Origin: Ramazzottius varieornatus
Lineage: Eukaryota; Animalia; Tardigrada
DNA length: 64,000 nucleotides
Reading direction: 5' to 3'
NCBI GenBank assembly: GCA_001949185.1
Contig: BDGG01000010.1
Span: 473,337 to 537,336, forward strand
The translations under genes were made by a program, and so were the position numbers. Positions 1-13,901 of this stretch are shown here, in pieces. The notes beneath the pieces are model-generated. The model was not told where the DNA came from and did no database searches. It worked only from the letters and a program-made list of their open reading frames with translations. The first letter of the stretch is position 1. Each line of letters starts with the position of its first letter.

Positions 1-3000
1 CTACCATCAAAGCCAAGCAACTCGAGCTCCTCAAAAGTATGTCATATCGGGCCAAGTTGCGTCTCGTGATAGATGTTTTGCCAAGCCGGGCCCGAGGAAA
101 AATTTTCCTGAGCTTTTCCTCCGCCCTTCTATCTGAGAAAGTCTATTCGAAGATCTGGACAAGTGATAAAATGCGGCCCTTCAACATGAGCGTCTATTGG
201 CCAGCTAGTTTTCTGCAACCTGTTCAGCTACAGGACCTTCCTGAAGAAAACTCAGGCGTGTGGTAGAGGACAATTGCAATGGCCGAAAAAGATGTTAGGC
301 AGCTCTTTCTCCAGATTTGGAAATTGAACCGGCCTAGGTCTCGGAACTGTTAGAAATATTTTCTCGCTCAAGTGAACTTTGCGCTAGCCCGCCCTTCGGG
401 CTTCGACCCTGTAATCATATTATTGTTATGCCGGCCCTTCTCATCCGACTTTACAGCCTATATAACAATGCCTAGGGCCGACCGCATACATAGTCGTCTT
501 GTTCGGGCCCGGCTGTGACATGGCCAACTTATCGATATGGCTAAAATAAGCTTCGGTGCTTGGAATGATAATCCGCCTACTTTTAGGTGCCTTCGCACAA
601 ACACCCAAGCCCACGCGGCACATTCGCGAGCAACTGGCACAAGAAACCGGTCTGACCATGCGTGTTATACAGGTGAGAAACAATATCGCATCTTCTTATT
701 ATTCAATTTTCCTTCCCGCGTTGTCAGTCCGACCTACGTCAATCGCGAGAGAAAATTATAGGCTTGGAGAGCTAGACCCGGCAAAGTATGATTTCGTTAC
801 GAGTTACGGATAATATTCTTGTCGGAACTGTAAACTGAGAGCTCGGCAAACAAACACAATCAGATCGGTTTCCCGAACAGCACACGTATGCAGTGATATT
901 GGCGGGCAGTCGTGCGGCACTTGGGGAACCCATCTTATCGAGCTCCCAAGCGGCGCACGTTTCCAGCGTATTCAGCTGGGGGAGTGCGTCGCTTGGGAAA
1001 GTGATCTGGTTGAAGTTTCGTATTTTGAAGAGGATATTTGTCAAATATTTTCGGTAATGTACTTAGTCAGGAATGAAAATATCAGTGCAGTGGTGGTATG
1101 CGGCAAAATTGCATGGTGCGCCAAAATAGACAGTGATGGATCTTTGGATGTTTGATCCGCCTACATGTAATTGCATGATATCAAAGCGCGCGGGCTACAA
1201 GTAGCATTTGAGCTAAATTGTAAAGTACATGTTTGTACGGTTGTAATGTTTGGGAGAGATGCTTGAGGGCTGGAAGAGCGTCGATGAGGGTAGAGGCCTT
1301 TCAAAGAGCTGGCGATCGCGATGCATGGATGACTGGGCAGGGATTTTGTGCAGAAGTTATGTAGTTGCAAAGGAGCAGGTGGTGCCTATCGGCCATGCTG
1401 ATTGTCAGGAGCAGAGGCAGACAGGCATTGTGATCCCTGCTGTGAAGTTAAGCGAAAGCGCTACCAAGCGGAAACAGATTCCGATGGCGCAAAAGTCAAT
1501 GCAACAATATCCTATAGAATTATTGCTCTGCGGGGTTTTTACCAGAGCTAACTTTGCTTCATGCTAGTACCCACAGGGTCCTCTTGGGTCTCATGCATAA
1601 TCCGAGGATGTACCAAGCAGGGATTGTTCGGCTCTTTTCAAGCTCAGATAAGTTGAATCAACGTTGCTTTCAAGCGTGGTTTATTGTTATCCGAAAGAAA
1701 AGGCCCCTGTACACACAAAACGCTAAAAAGACCTCTTCAGATCTTCTCGACCAGCGCAGGACGTTGGCCTGTCATAATGGATCCCATGCCTTTCGTGCAA
1801 CACCGTACATTCGAAATTTGAAGACATGAAGACAGGTTGATTATCCGGCCAATATCAGCGTTCGGAAAGACCTTCAGAATCGGGAAATCTCAACTGTCTT
1901 GCTGAAGTTCCCATAGTCGAAGTGACCTTTTAGTCCAGTGTTTCGGTGTTTGTGCATTACTTCGTTACAAAAATTAGCTCAGACGAATTTCAAGTACTAT
2001 TTACCAGACACAGGATGAGAGAGACAGTTTCGAAGTTATGGATGAGCTCTTCTGCAGGAACGAAATTCTGACATTGAGAATATTTGAGGAGGTGAGAGGA
2101 ATGGCCGAACAGGAGAAGCTTATTCAAGCATAGAGATATTTGATGGACACTTGATTCAGAAATCATCGAAGCAATGTGGACTTTAGCAGCGCCGCTACAT
2201 TTGTCACGCAAGGCCAATTCTGGCCTGTCCACTGTGTGCTTACCATGTCCATGGCCCATGGCCGCCTTTCCCCCACCATAGCCGGAGCCGTATCTCCCAT
2301 CCGCAAAAGCCTTCGTTTGATGGTGGACTAAATGCCGCTAGCTGTCACATTAAATCGCACAGGCTGTTTTGAGGCTTCCTCTTTCCCTTCACTCCCTCAC
2401 TTCCCATTCCGCATGAACAAGTTTACCATATCTCAATGAGCTCCGAGCATGAGCACAAGTTTATCTAGCCGGCAATCTTTTGCCCATTTGCAGAACTAAA
2501 AGGCATGTTAATGCAAATAAATCCTTTACGGCTGGCTACAGAAGGTTAACAACTTTCTCTCACCATTGAAACCAACACCATCATCATTTACTCGCGCAAA
2601 AGCCCATACGGCACCATAAACACACTTTATCTACTCATAAAACCATAAACTTTAATCTTATTTTGTCGATGGAAAAATTCATTCAGGATGAGGTCTTCCT
2701 TTTTCGGTTGGTCAAAGTAAAGCTTCAAACTTTCACGGTGACGGAAGCCAGCCAAAGTCGGCCAAATCAACAGGAACCCGACACTCGTGCCACTTCACAA
2801 CTGTACATAATGACGATAAAAATAAACAGCCTTTATATTTGGCTGTAATCAATGCAGAGATTGATCTACCCGACCAGCGAATGTCTGTTACACCAGCGGG
2901 TGCCACCATAGCAGACATCGGACGGTGCTGGTTTCTAACGGCAGCTGGTGTAACCAGACAGCTAGTCCATGTTCCTACTGTTAGATCTGACATCGGAAAC

Positions 3001-6000
3001 CGAGGCCATGCACCCAGATAAGGTCCCCAGCGAAAGATGATCCATAATTGAAGCTCCCAAGGAAAAACACTGGCTGTATGCAAATGCACATGCCGACATT
3101 TGCATAACAAGCAGACGCGCTCGTGACAGTATCGAGTTTGTTGACAAAGTTGCCAGATGAATATTTTATATGGTCTGATTGATGAAGCAAGCTTAATCTT
3201 ACTCAAACTTGTAATTTGGAATGCCGGAAGGTGATTTTGCTCAGATCGTTATTTCAAGTGGCGCACCTTTACTGTGTTGTTGGGTGAGAGCGTGCGCCAC
3301 TTGGAAAACCAATCTGGGTGAGATCATTTGCCGGCGCTTCATTTGCCGGCTTTCCGGGATTAATGGAGTAATGCGGATGTGGATTACAGGTATGGTTTCA
3401 AAATCGACGTAGTAAGGAACGGAGGATGAAGCAACTGAATATGATGGGAACGAGCCGTTCACGGGGACTTTTCAGAGCCCGAAGAGCGGCCGGCCAACGC
3501 GCGGCCATGCGCGACTTTGAAGGCGGTTGCGACTCGTCGGATATGATGCAAGCAGCCAACATGAACAACAATGGCAACGTTCAACTCTTGCATCCTACGC
3601 ATTTCCCGCCGGCCTTCTACAACAGAGCAGGTTAGTCTTAATCTCCCAGACAGTCTTTCGGTTGAAGCGGATGTGTAGCATGTTGGTGATACGGGTGCTG
3701 TGATCGATCTTGCCCGAATATGATATCACGGCACACAATGGCGAAGGGGATCACGTGTGGGTCATTGCTAGTGGTCAATGGTAATTTTCGGCTCAAATGG
3801 AAGCTGGAAGGATGGCTATCAATGTGACGTTAGAAAAACGATAGAAAGATGAAGTCTGCCCCTGGGTCTGGAACAACAATGAGGAAGTGGCGCAAAAGCC
3901 GTTAATTACACGTCAGGTAAGAAGATGGTGTTACTCCAAGAGATAGGATTCTCCCTGACATAGTGATACTGTTGATTACCGCCACGATCTTCAGCGAAAT
4001 GCTATGAATGAACTTAAGAGCACTGATAAGTACCGGTAATTGAAGAGCCACTTTGTTATCGCTGTCCTGCCCACACATGAGATCCCATCAGACTCGCCTT
4101 TCTGATTCGAAGAATCCATTTGGTTTGTCGTGAATTCTTTCATTCTCCCGGCCTGCGATCAAAGTTTTAGAGGTCTATTTGCCTTATGGTCAGCATTGAT
4201 CATATGGGTTTGAGCAAAGCCCATTGAAGTTTCTGGCAACTTAGGAGTGGCCCGTTGGCACCCGGGAGCATGTAAACATACGTCAGATGCACACAAAACT
4301 CAATAAACATGCAACCTGTCACATTGAGGGGTTCTTTTTGACGTGGAAATCAAGCTGGTTTCCTTTGACATATTTCAATATTATACTCCGATCGAATATG
4401 TTCCTTGTAGTCCATGGTTGACCTGTATACAGTGGCTGTCTGTCACTTCGCCTTACCTGAATATTTTCACGTCACAAATCACAATACAGCAGCGGGGAAA
4501 TTAATGACAGCTTGCGTGGAGTTGCCGTGAAAAGACCATTGTGTCGGCTAGCCGCTGTACATTGAGCGAGGCACTTGTCTACCTGACACTTTACGCTACT
4601 TGCCGCAACTTCGATATGAAGACACGCAAGCCCCAAAAACAAGCTTATTATCCCCTCGGAACGCGCACGTACAGAACAGGCAACGGGAATTTTCTGGATA
4701 GACTTGTCAACCGATGAAACTTACCCCGCATTCACAATGCACAGGCCAACATGGAAAATGATCTAAAACTCACGCTTGGACAAAATCTTTTTGAATTGGG
4801 TTTGGGGTTTTGTGCTCGAATATTTTTTGTGGCATTCAGTGCGCTGTTTGACAAACCTCATCAAATCAAAGCTGGCAATGTGGAACATACAGTAATTGGT
4901 AACAGCAGGGAACCGGCAAGTGGCCCACCTCCCAATGATGCAAGTCTGCTGCCTAACCAGACGCGCAACTAATCTTTCCGGTCACGTTCACTTTCGGATG
5001 GTTTCTGCCGATGACGCAGTTGCCATAGTCCGGACTTCTAATAACTCGATCAGGCCGAGAGCGTTTCTGTTGTCAGTTTCAAACTACAGAAATCTTTTTT
5101 GAGTCGGCATTCACGGAACGTTGTTAGGAAGCCATTTTGAGGAATGCCTGAGAAGGTTATGTTGAAGTGGGTATCGAGTAGGAGGAAGTGTAAGAAAAAT
5201 GATGGGATGAAAAGTTTCGAAGAGAGGGTCTGTCACAGACAGACTGCTAATCTGACCAAGATAGGAAACGAAGCCCGCTGGCAGCCGCTCCGGCGCTGAG
5301 GCTTGATCAATGAACACTAAATCCGATTATCTTTCGACTAAGCAAAATATTTGCACGCCTTCGGGCCCAGATTTGCTGGCTGTATCCCATTCAATGTTGG
5401 CCTTTTGATCGCACGGAGCCTCACTTCTGCTCGCTCACTCCCCGAACTTCGATGGCTTGTCGTCGCCACGACCAAGAACAGTTTTTTGTGCAATGCTGGG
5501 GGGGGGGGCAGTGGCAACTCTCGTTGAATTATGGAAACGTCCACGAAATTCACGAAACTAACCAGGTTCCGTCTTGAATGAGTTTTGAAGTCAAACTCCC
5601 TTGTTGAAGCTGGCATGTAATTAAAATGTGTATGGAACTCTCGTAGAAAAATGCCCCAACTCTCCTCCGTCCCATACTTCACGATATTTAAAAGCATCCG
5701 GAAAACATAAAACTAAGTCTCCCAGTTCTCAGAAAGCGATATAAAATTCTGCAGAGAACGGGCTCATAAAATACCTTGTTTTCTTTCCTTGTTGACAGAT
5801 GGCGCTGCGCACTGCCACGGGATGGAGTTTTTCGCCAGCGGCGCAAGTGGGCCAGTGAGTGGAATGGGATTAGCAGCTGCCGGGAATAACGGAAGCCACC
5901 CTGGAGCAGCTGGCCTTTTCATGGCAGGACGACCTGGTACGGGTCCCAATGGCGCCATGGTGGGAAATTTCGATTTCTACCAGAGGCAACAAGCCCTCTC

Positions 6001-6465
6001 TGGACAGAATGGTGGAGCCGACCTCTCCATGCATAACTACGCCGAGCATATGGCCAACGTGGGAGCGGGAGAGGCAGCTCGTGGACGGAGATCCCGTAAC
6101 GGAACCACAAACGGTAAGCGGAAAGCAATTTTGATTGCCGTCAGTACACGCCAGTGGATCGCCATAGAAAACTGGCTTGAAAATGTTCGTCGGTGGTCAC
6201 TGCCACGCTTACTGTGAAACATTCACATTAAAAATTGCACATCAAATTATTCGCCCAAGCGAATATCTTTTGTTCAACATGTTCAGTGTAAATTGGTTTT
6301 ACAAATCTTCTGTTGGTCTTTGTCACAGGCAATCCAATGGAGGATGGTCGTTTCGCTGAATGTGCGGAGATGGCGCTACTTTCGCAGAGTTCGAGCCCAA
6401 CGTCAATGAGTACCGACAACGACTACGCCACCTATGGAGCCATCGGCAACTCACCATATTCTTGA
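1..6465 (+). CDS. Lhx1: LIM-homeobox transcription factor Lhx1/5 (Lim1), 3' part; exons approx <1-36, 587-672, 3390-3630, 5799-6113, 6329-6465
   Basis: Spliced translation gives [56 protein letters not shown], the Lhx1/5 homeodomain. All junctions are GT-AG with consistent phase; stop TGA at 6463-6465. The LIM domains lie upstream of the window. Confidence 0.92.
3223..3335. repeat. Intronic palindromic hairpin element, CAAGTGGCGCAC-core family, copy 1
   Basis: CAAGTGGCGCAC (3255-3266), 25-nt loop, GTGCGCCACTTG (3292-3303); imperfect complementary arms extend to gccgg/ccggc. Confidence 0.8.
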
Positions 6466-6941
6466 CTTACACTCTTTTATTTTTCGGACTTATCTGCTTA
6501 CGCTAGATGTTCGTTCTTCATGCAAAAATAGCAATCTGACGGTGCACAGTACAGTACTGACAATTTTTCTGACGAAGCGTATAAGAGTGTAAGATGACTC
6601 GAACATTTTGTTCCACCACTTGGTCTTTGTCCACGTTGTTGTTGACAGTTCGGCGTTTTTCGTTGGTTAAGCTAATCTACGCAGAGCAAATGAATCGTAA
6701 AATTTCTCTGATGAACAAACAAGAGATCTGAAGATGATCAACAATAAAATCTTGTCAGAGTTTTACGAAAACGTAAACGTTTTTCTCTTCTGTACACCTT
6801 AAAACATGTTAGCGGAGGAGGGCGAAAAAATGGGGATCACATCGGCAAAGGAATGTTGAGGTAAGGTTGAAAGCAAAGAATGGGGGAAAAGTGGGGAAAA
6901 CGGAGAAAGGGGATAACAGTGGGTGGAAGGTGGTTCAGAAG

Positions 6942-9900
6942 TTAGGGGGAGTCCCGGAGTTCTAGCCTAAGCTTGATAGGGTCCTTGGGAGCCGTGATCA
7001 TGCGCAAATCGATGCCGACCGGGCCGTCGCCGGTGTACTTGACGCGAAACTGTTTGATCACCTATACCATACCACCAACTTGAGCTACTGAACGTGAGGA
7101 ACGTGGAACATTTTGAAACTTGCCACAGCCCATCGAATACCTTTGCAAGCATCAAGTGCATTTCGGTTTCCGCCAAACGTCGACCTACGAAAAAGAGGAC
7201 CTCATTGCAGCCATGTTTTCAGAGTAATTACGTCAGGCAGTTAAAGACTTAAAGTAGTCAGTGGTGTTTATTTTTTCAGAACGTTGATGATGAGGTGTCT
7301 CCTGACATGTTTTTTTTACGATATGTTATGAAGACCGGGAAGGATGCATTTCCCACACTGTATAGATTCATCGAATCTTACCGACACAAGCACGTGCGCC
7401 GACGGCGAAAGGGATTGTGGCGTAGTTGACGTTGGTCCCACCGGTCGCGGTATCGGTACTTGAAGAGACATCCTTGCCGTGGTTAAAAGGACAGCCGTTT
7501 CCCTCGGAGATCACGTCGTTTCCTCCAGCTTTATTAGATCGTTTTCGTAGCCATCTTTCAGGCAGGAACTTGTCGGCTTGAGCAAACGTCTTCTCGTCGC
7601 GACCCATCGAGTACGTCGGCATCATGATCAAAGTCTGCAGCCACATTCTCCATGTTACCCACCAGTTATTTCATGGCGGTAGCTTTCCGAAAGTTCGAGC
7701 TTCAGAGTACTCACGTTGGCCGGGACGGTGTAGCCTTGGATAGAAATATCTTCGTATAAATACCGGGTGTGAAACGGGACAATCGGATACAGTCTGCAAA
7801 GGTACAAGCTTGAAACATGCTGCAGTAAGTTCGAAGTCAGTTCCATTGATCGGGATTGCCGCACCTTAGAGTCTCTCGTATAACAGCTTTTACATAAACC
7901 ATCTCCTTGAGCATATCCGGAGTGATTGCACCAGTTTCCGATCCAACTACTCGTTGCACCTCCTGTTCGAAGTGAAGAATATGAAGTTTGCAAACAACCA
8001 AGCATTGGTCATTCGATTTGTCGAGTTCTTCGTGAATCTAGCGTACTTCATAAATTTTGTCCTGCACTCTCTGATCCTGGCCAACCAAGTAGAAAGCCCA
8101 AGCCAACGCATTAGAGATCTGTAAAGACAGTATTAATCGGAATCGCAGTGAGATGTTCCCTTATTGTCGAACCGTATGTGCAGCACCGGAAAAAAGATCC
8201 GCGGTCAAAGCGGCAACTTCGTCCAGATCATAACGCTGTAATGCCATCAGGGACGAACACACATCGGGTTTCCCCTCTGAAACATCCGTTTCCGACTCTG
8301 GTCGCTGAAGGACGGCTTTCATGCTGTTGTCGATAAACCGACGAGCTGCAAAAACACACTAGGATGTATTGAGAGAGTAAAGGATGGATATCGAGTGGAA
8401 TGGTAAAAGCAGTAGTCTTACCAATGGTCAAGGAAGTGTCCATGGACCGTACGAATTTCCACCAGACCGGTAAAGACAAGGCACGAGCCAGTTTAGGAGG
8501 GAACAGCGTCAACACCATGGTTGTCCGAAAAGTATCCTGGATGGCTTGTACGAAGGCTTCAGTATCCGAGGCTGTATCCTCGGCAATGCTGGCCAGACAA
8601 CCCAACCGTTGATTGAACAGAACGGTGCCGACACCTGCAGTCAAACGTAGAATGAATTAAGCCGTGAGACCTTGTTCTGTCGTTTGATATTGCTGGGTCC
8701 GGAACAAGCCGGACCACGGCCCGCGTGATGGTTGTTGACACGTGTGATCGCCAACGAAAGCATTCACGAGTAGCACACTGGCATTGACATTGACCATGGG
8801 AGAAGACTGAGTTCGTCTTGTACATACATTCAATTGACCAGTTGAAGACATCCTCTTGGATATTGTTGATGGTGATGGACTGACCGGTTGGGTCGCCGGT
8901 GTTGGGTGGGGCCGCGGTAGTGCTGACCGGTGAACGGTTGGTCCAGTGCTTGATCAGGTCGTTGATGGTGTCATTGATACGCTGGCTGAAATGCGGAAGT
9001 GCACGAGGATGTAACAAGAGCTGATTAATGACTCGACGCCGACTCAGCCATTCCTCACCGTCCCTTCAAAAATACCAGAACACAATCAAGACAATCATTC
9101 ACTTCAGGTGTGAAGTTCACGGATCCAGAGTTTACGACCACGCCCTATGTACCGTGGGAATTTACCTGACTACGGTGAAAGTTAATGTTATTTTCGGGCG
9201 AAATTCAAACTGGTTGTAAGGTCCATAGTACGAAGTGTTAGTTGAGAGTGAGTAAGCGTTTTTGAAAGGAGATGAATGAACAAGTAGTTCCGGTTGAGAA
9301 CGTTGGGACGCCGTAAGTGCCGGCAGAAGCAGACCATCTCGGGTGAGCCACATAATTTATATGGCGGCTTTGTACTGCACGTGCGCCAGGGTTGTGATTA
9401 CTTGATAGTGCAGAGTGATTAATTGACTGCAAACAGTAGCTGGCAGTTGTTTAATGTGACTGCGTGTTGTATGCTGATGTTCACGAGACGTCAATTATAG
9501 CCATCTCCGGTTTGCTCAGTCACCACCTGTTGCGCCGCATTGTCCATCCAATTATCGGACGATACAATGGAAGTGATAGTGCAGACATTTTTATGGCCCG
9601 TCTAGCTTCTGTTAGTCTTCTGCCTTTTAGGTTTTGTACAAAGAATGACTGAATGGCTTCTGGACAGTTTTTTTTGAGGCAGAAGTCAGACGAGTTTCCA
9701 GGAAATTGAGCGGTCAAGTGGGTACGAACTGGAGTACTACCTTGAAGTGACGCACCAACTCTTCACTGGGAAAATTTCCGTGTTTGGAATTTTTTACAGA
9801 TCATGCAATTTTATCCAAAATCGCCCTTATGAATGATTTTACAAACATCCGTCTAAGCATGCATTAGTGAATTATTCAGAACAGTTCATCGCGCGACCAT

Positions 9901-11388
9901 GAATTTAGTACCGAAAGCTGTTTGCCGCCTTCCCGTGACAGGCATTAGGAAAACGTTATTGAGGACACGTATACCTCGAGTAAAGCAACGATCTACTGTT
10001 TTTGGGGATGTACGATCGTATACCGAGTCTTTTCAAAGGGCGGGCTTTTTGAAATTTCTAGAGAAATCAAAATAAGCATAGTCCAGGGGTGTCTGGTCTT
10101 TTGGTTAGATGACTTTTGATGGCACTTTGATACTTGATGATGCATCAGACCTGTCTGCCATCGCATCACATCTGATGCATCGAAAGAATAAATATGATTA
10201 TTTAATAAACAAGATCCGCAATACGCTACTCTCTCGTTGGAGTGGGGACAGACCAGTTTTTCTGGAACGTTATGACGCAAATAGACCTGTTTTCCAACCT
10301 CTTCCATTCACTTCAGCTTGAAATTCACGGCACTACCGGTGCCACGACCGCTGTGATACCAAACTTTAGTTTTTCTATGTAAAAGCACGAGCAAATGTTT
10401 TTCAAACCTATTGTAGAATACTTTTATACTGTCTCACGACCTCTATTCGGATCTCTTTATACGCGCAGAACCGTGCATCTGTAATGCAGTTTGAAGTGCA
10501 TAATCATTCATTGTCTACCTGCATCTACTGTATCTCGTATACTCACTTCTTGGCGGGAAAAATCCGACAAGTTAGACCAGAAGTTGGAGTACCACAGGGA
10601 CAAGACTCAAGTCCTCTGTTTTCCAGAATTTTTCTCCGTCTTTACCAAAGCGGAAGATGTGACGTAAAAGACTCACCCAAGTGCACCCGAATGCTTCACC
10701 TCGAAGTGACGCAACGCTGCTTGCTTCCGCGCAAAATCTTACATATACGTGTACGCATGATCGAATGCGAATGCGGCGAACTTTGCATCCATCAATCGCA
10801 AAACCCGTTGTTTTACCCACCAAAAAAAGCCATACAAAAAACTCACATGAAAAACAATCCGCGTGGTTTGTCCGTTATCTCGCGATGCAGAAGCCAAGCT
10901 TCGGGTATGACATGACGCGGATGCCGTCCCTCGCGCATGAAGACCCGCTGCACGTCCTGCGGATCGAAGATGTACACGGCCTCCAGCTTGCCCAGTTTCT
11001 CCCGATAAATGGGACCCAGTTGCTTGTACCGCATATCCACATACTCGTGTACTCGCGTGACCACGCCGTGACGCAGGGCATCTATCCAGGTCCCCATGAA
11101 TGGTATGGAGCCTTTCGGCCTGGGTATGTCTTCATATCCGCGTCCAGAGTTCACACGATGATTAGTGACCTTCGACACGGTGTCGGCCATAATGACTTCA
11201 TCCATGGCGAAGGACAACGTAGAGACTTCCCTTTGCAAATGTGGACATCGACTAGTGCCATCACCAGCGGCCTTTCCGACGGACGGGACCAATACCTGGG
11301 CGGCGGCGTGTGACGACGCAACTCGCGCAGGGATAAATGACTGCTGGCTGGACAGTCGCGGCGTGGTCAGTCTGAAGCCACGAGCCAT
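6942..11388 (-). CDS. sad: Mitochondrial-clan cytochrome P450, CYP315A1/shadow-like, multi-exon
   Basis: Arg-rich presequence, then HEYVDMRYKQLGPIYREKLG...VFMREGRHPRHVIPEAW...RGLFFM|DGEEWLSRRRVINQLLL, which resembles the CYP315A1 N-terminus. Also K-helix RETLRLYP, PERW and heme motif PFAVGARACVG|RRLAE. Last exon VIKQFRVKY...LELRDSP* ends at 6942. P450 call is secure; shadow orthology is from recalled similarity. Confidence 0.8.
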
Positions 11389-13552
11389 GCTGGGTCCTCG
11401 ATTGGACAGCGAAAAGTTTCTGCCAAAAGCACCTAGGGATTTCCACTTGCCGAACCAGCTGGCATCTCGCGAAGAAGATGACTCAATAATTTATCAAAGA
11501 GGAACCGCGGCAAAGCAGCCATCCGCCTATCGACCATCCATCATAGCATCAGCCGATCGATGTGAACTGGCCAAACCACGCTCATCAAGATTGGCAAAAG
11601 TTGCAGGTACAAAAAGCGGTGCAAAGGCAAAGCAAAACACAGACTTGCAGTTGCAAAACCGCTTGTGGCGTCGAGATGGAATAATATTAGACTGGTCAGA
11701 TATGGAATCGCCGTTTAGTTTGCGCGTCGGTATTTGTACAGATAGCGCGTGCAAAGATACACGCGTACGTTGAACAAATCGGTCTCAAAGAAGTTACTTT
11801 TAGTGCATGTACCGGTTCGTGGACCATATGTTTACGGAGCAGTAATGTAGAGTAACATACATGGTAGGTGTAGAGGGCGTGTGCCGTAATTACAAGTTAC
11901 AACCGTAGTACAGAAGTACCAGTGTAATTACACGGCGCATGCATTTAGACTGGATCTCCTTCCAATCGCTACCTGTTTTCTGTCGTCAAATCGAATAGAA
12001 GTTCTGTGTCTGAGTCTGAATCTGAGTCTGGTGCATAAGAAATTCGCATTTGGGCGGCTTAAAGTAATTCAGGGAGATGTTCAGCTCATTTTTCAGGGAG
12101 GGTTGTCTAGGTTACTTGTGTCTAGGTGTATGAACATGTTTTATGATTTATGGCGCCATCTGTAGTCGGGTGGCAGTTTGCTCTCGTTGCAACCCACCGT
12201 ACGAGCAGTGCCTATTACGTTGATACGGTGTGATTGATTACGGTCTGATGCTACGTTGGTGCGGTCTGATGCGGCATTGCATCAGACTGAGAGTTCTGGG
12301 TTTTTATAACGTGCGCGACACGTTGCAACATACACTTCGACATGTCAGCGCACCTAGGGGCGTGCAGTTGCTGCGCACTGGTGCCTGTACGGTGTGTGTA
12401 TGTGCGTGTCGCACCCACGCTGTAGAGCCTGAGTTCTCATCATCCGCAATACAGTTTAGTTTTTACTTAAATTGTGACGTCATCGTGTTCGTGGGCGTGT
12501 CTGATTACTTCCTGCCGTTACCCCAATCAGGTTTGAAAGTATGTTTCCACATTTCCGATGTTACCGTGGTGTACAGGTGGGGGACTATCAATGAATAGGC
12601 ACTGGTACGAGAGACCGGTTGTTGAGTTAGCCAGCGGGTATTGGGAGTGGGCCATCGAAAGGTCTACTATCAGGTGGAATTAGATTAGATTTATTGAGCC
12701 TCGACAATCTAGTCGACGGCTTCCTCGATCGTCAGAGGATAATGAAACATGTAAAGACACAGTAATAACAGCTTTGGCAAGGGGAAGCGGACAAGACTAA
12801 CTCCGGAAGATCGACGTATGGAAGTTACAATCCGAGATCTGGTACCAGAAAAGAAGTGAAAAACTCGCACAACCATAGAATCAAGAACTAACCACTAAAC
12901 AAGGAAATGAGGGAGCGTTCTTTCCGCCTTCGTCCAGGTGCTCACTCGTCCATTCCCATGTCCGACTGGCTTCGTCGTTCCCGGTTTGATGCTTGAGCCG
13001 GTCCATGTGAGTGGTTGGGACTTTGCTGTCCGTCGTGAGCGTCCTCATCGTTGACCAGGGTCCGCCCTACGAACCTGGAAGTACCGACGGAGACTTGATA
13101 CGCTTTGCTTGGGGGATCGTGGTTCTGGTGGGCATTCGTCGGCCATCCTCGTCCGTAGTCTCCGGGGCAGGTCCCCCGTTGTTCGCCACTATCTCGTCCA
13201 CTTCCCTGGCGATCACCGCTGTTTTCTTGTCCCCAGTCGCCACGTCCCCCGTCCAGCGCCATGACCACTCCCATGACCACTGCCGTGTCCGTTAGATCGG
13301 CCATCAGCTACACAACGTCCACCGTGGCTTCGACCTCGGTCTCTGTCTGAGTTACGTTGGTGAGTTGGTTGATTGCCGAGGCAACGGCGGTCGAATGGTT
13401 TGCGCGGTTGGCCGATCGATCCCAAGTCGATCTTTACATCTGGTCGACCGACACTGGCAGAGTGTTCTTCGCTGCTGCTGCTGATGCGCGGTGGGCGCTG
13501 GACTGAAGAAACCTGGAGACAGGTTGGCTGGATGACCGGAGTGGCAAGGTTA

Positions 13553-13901
13553 TTGTATTCTCTCCGGAAATGGATGTACGTCACTCAATTCAAAGTGTGA
13601 AACTGCAGATATGGTCGGTAGGCGGTAGCTCATACGGTTGAAACAGCCGTGACGCCACAGGATTCAATCAATCCAATCAATCCGGAGAGTTCACATTTTG
13701 CTTGGTTCAGTTATGAAATCAGCTGTTCAGTGAATGACTCGCACAGACTAATAGTATTTTATCCGACTGCGCTGATTGGCTACTAAAGCTGTCCTTAAAT
13801 ACGTCAAGATCTGACGCCATGCTGGCTTTGTGTAACAGCTACGCTAACACTCTAGTGAACCAGATATCAGTGACGTACATCCATTTCCGGAGAGAATGCA
13901 G
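13553..13901. mobile_element. MITE with ~33-bp TIRs and TA flanks (Tc1/mariner-like)
   Basis: ttgtattctctccggaaatggatgtacgtcact is the near-perfect reverse complement of agtgacgtacatccatttccggagagaatgcag; TA on both sides. Confidence 0.8.

Noticed and set aside
6967-7176. ORF-track C-terminus of the P450 (…GSQGPYQA)
   Set aside because: It reads through an intron; the spliced frame gives a typical P450 end at 6942.
10681-11773. Plus-strand ORFs of 210 and 202 aa
   Set aside because: Antisense shadows of P450 exon 1.
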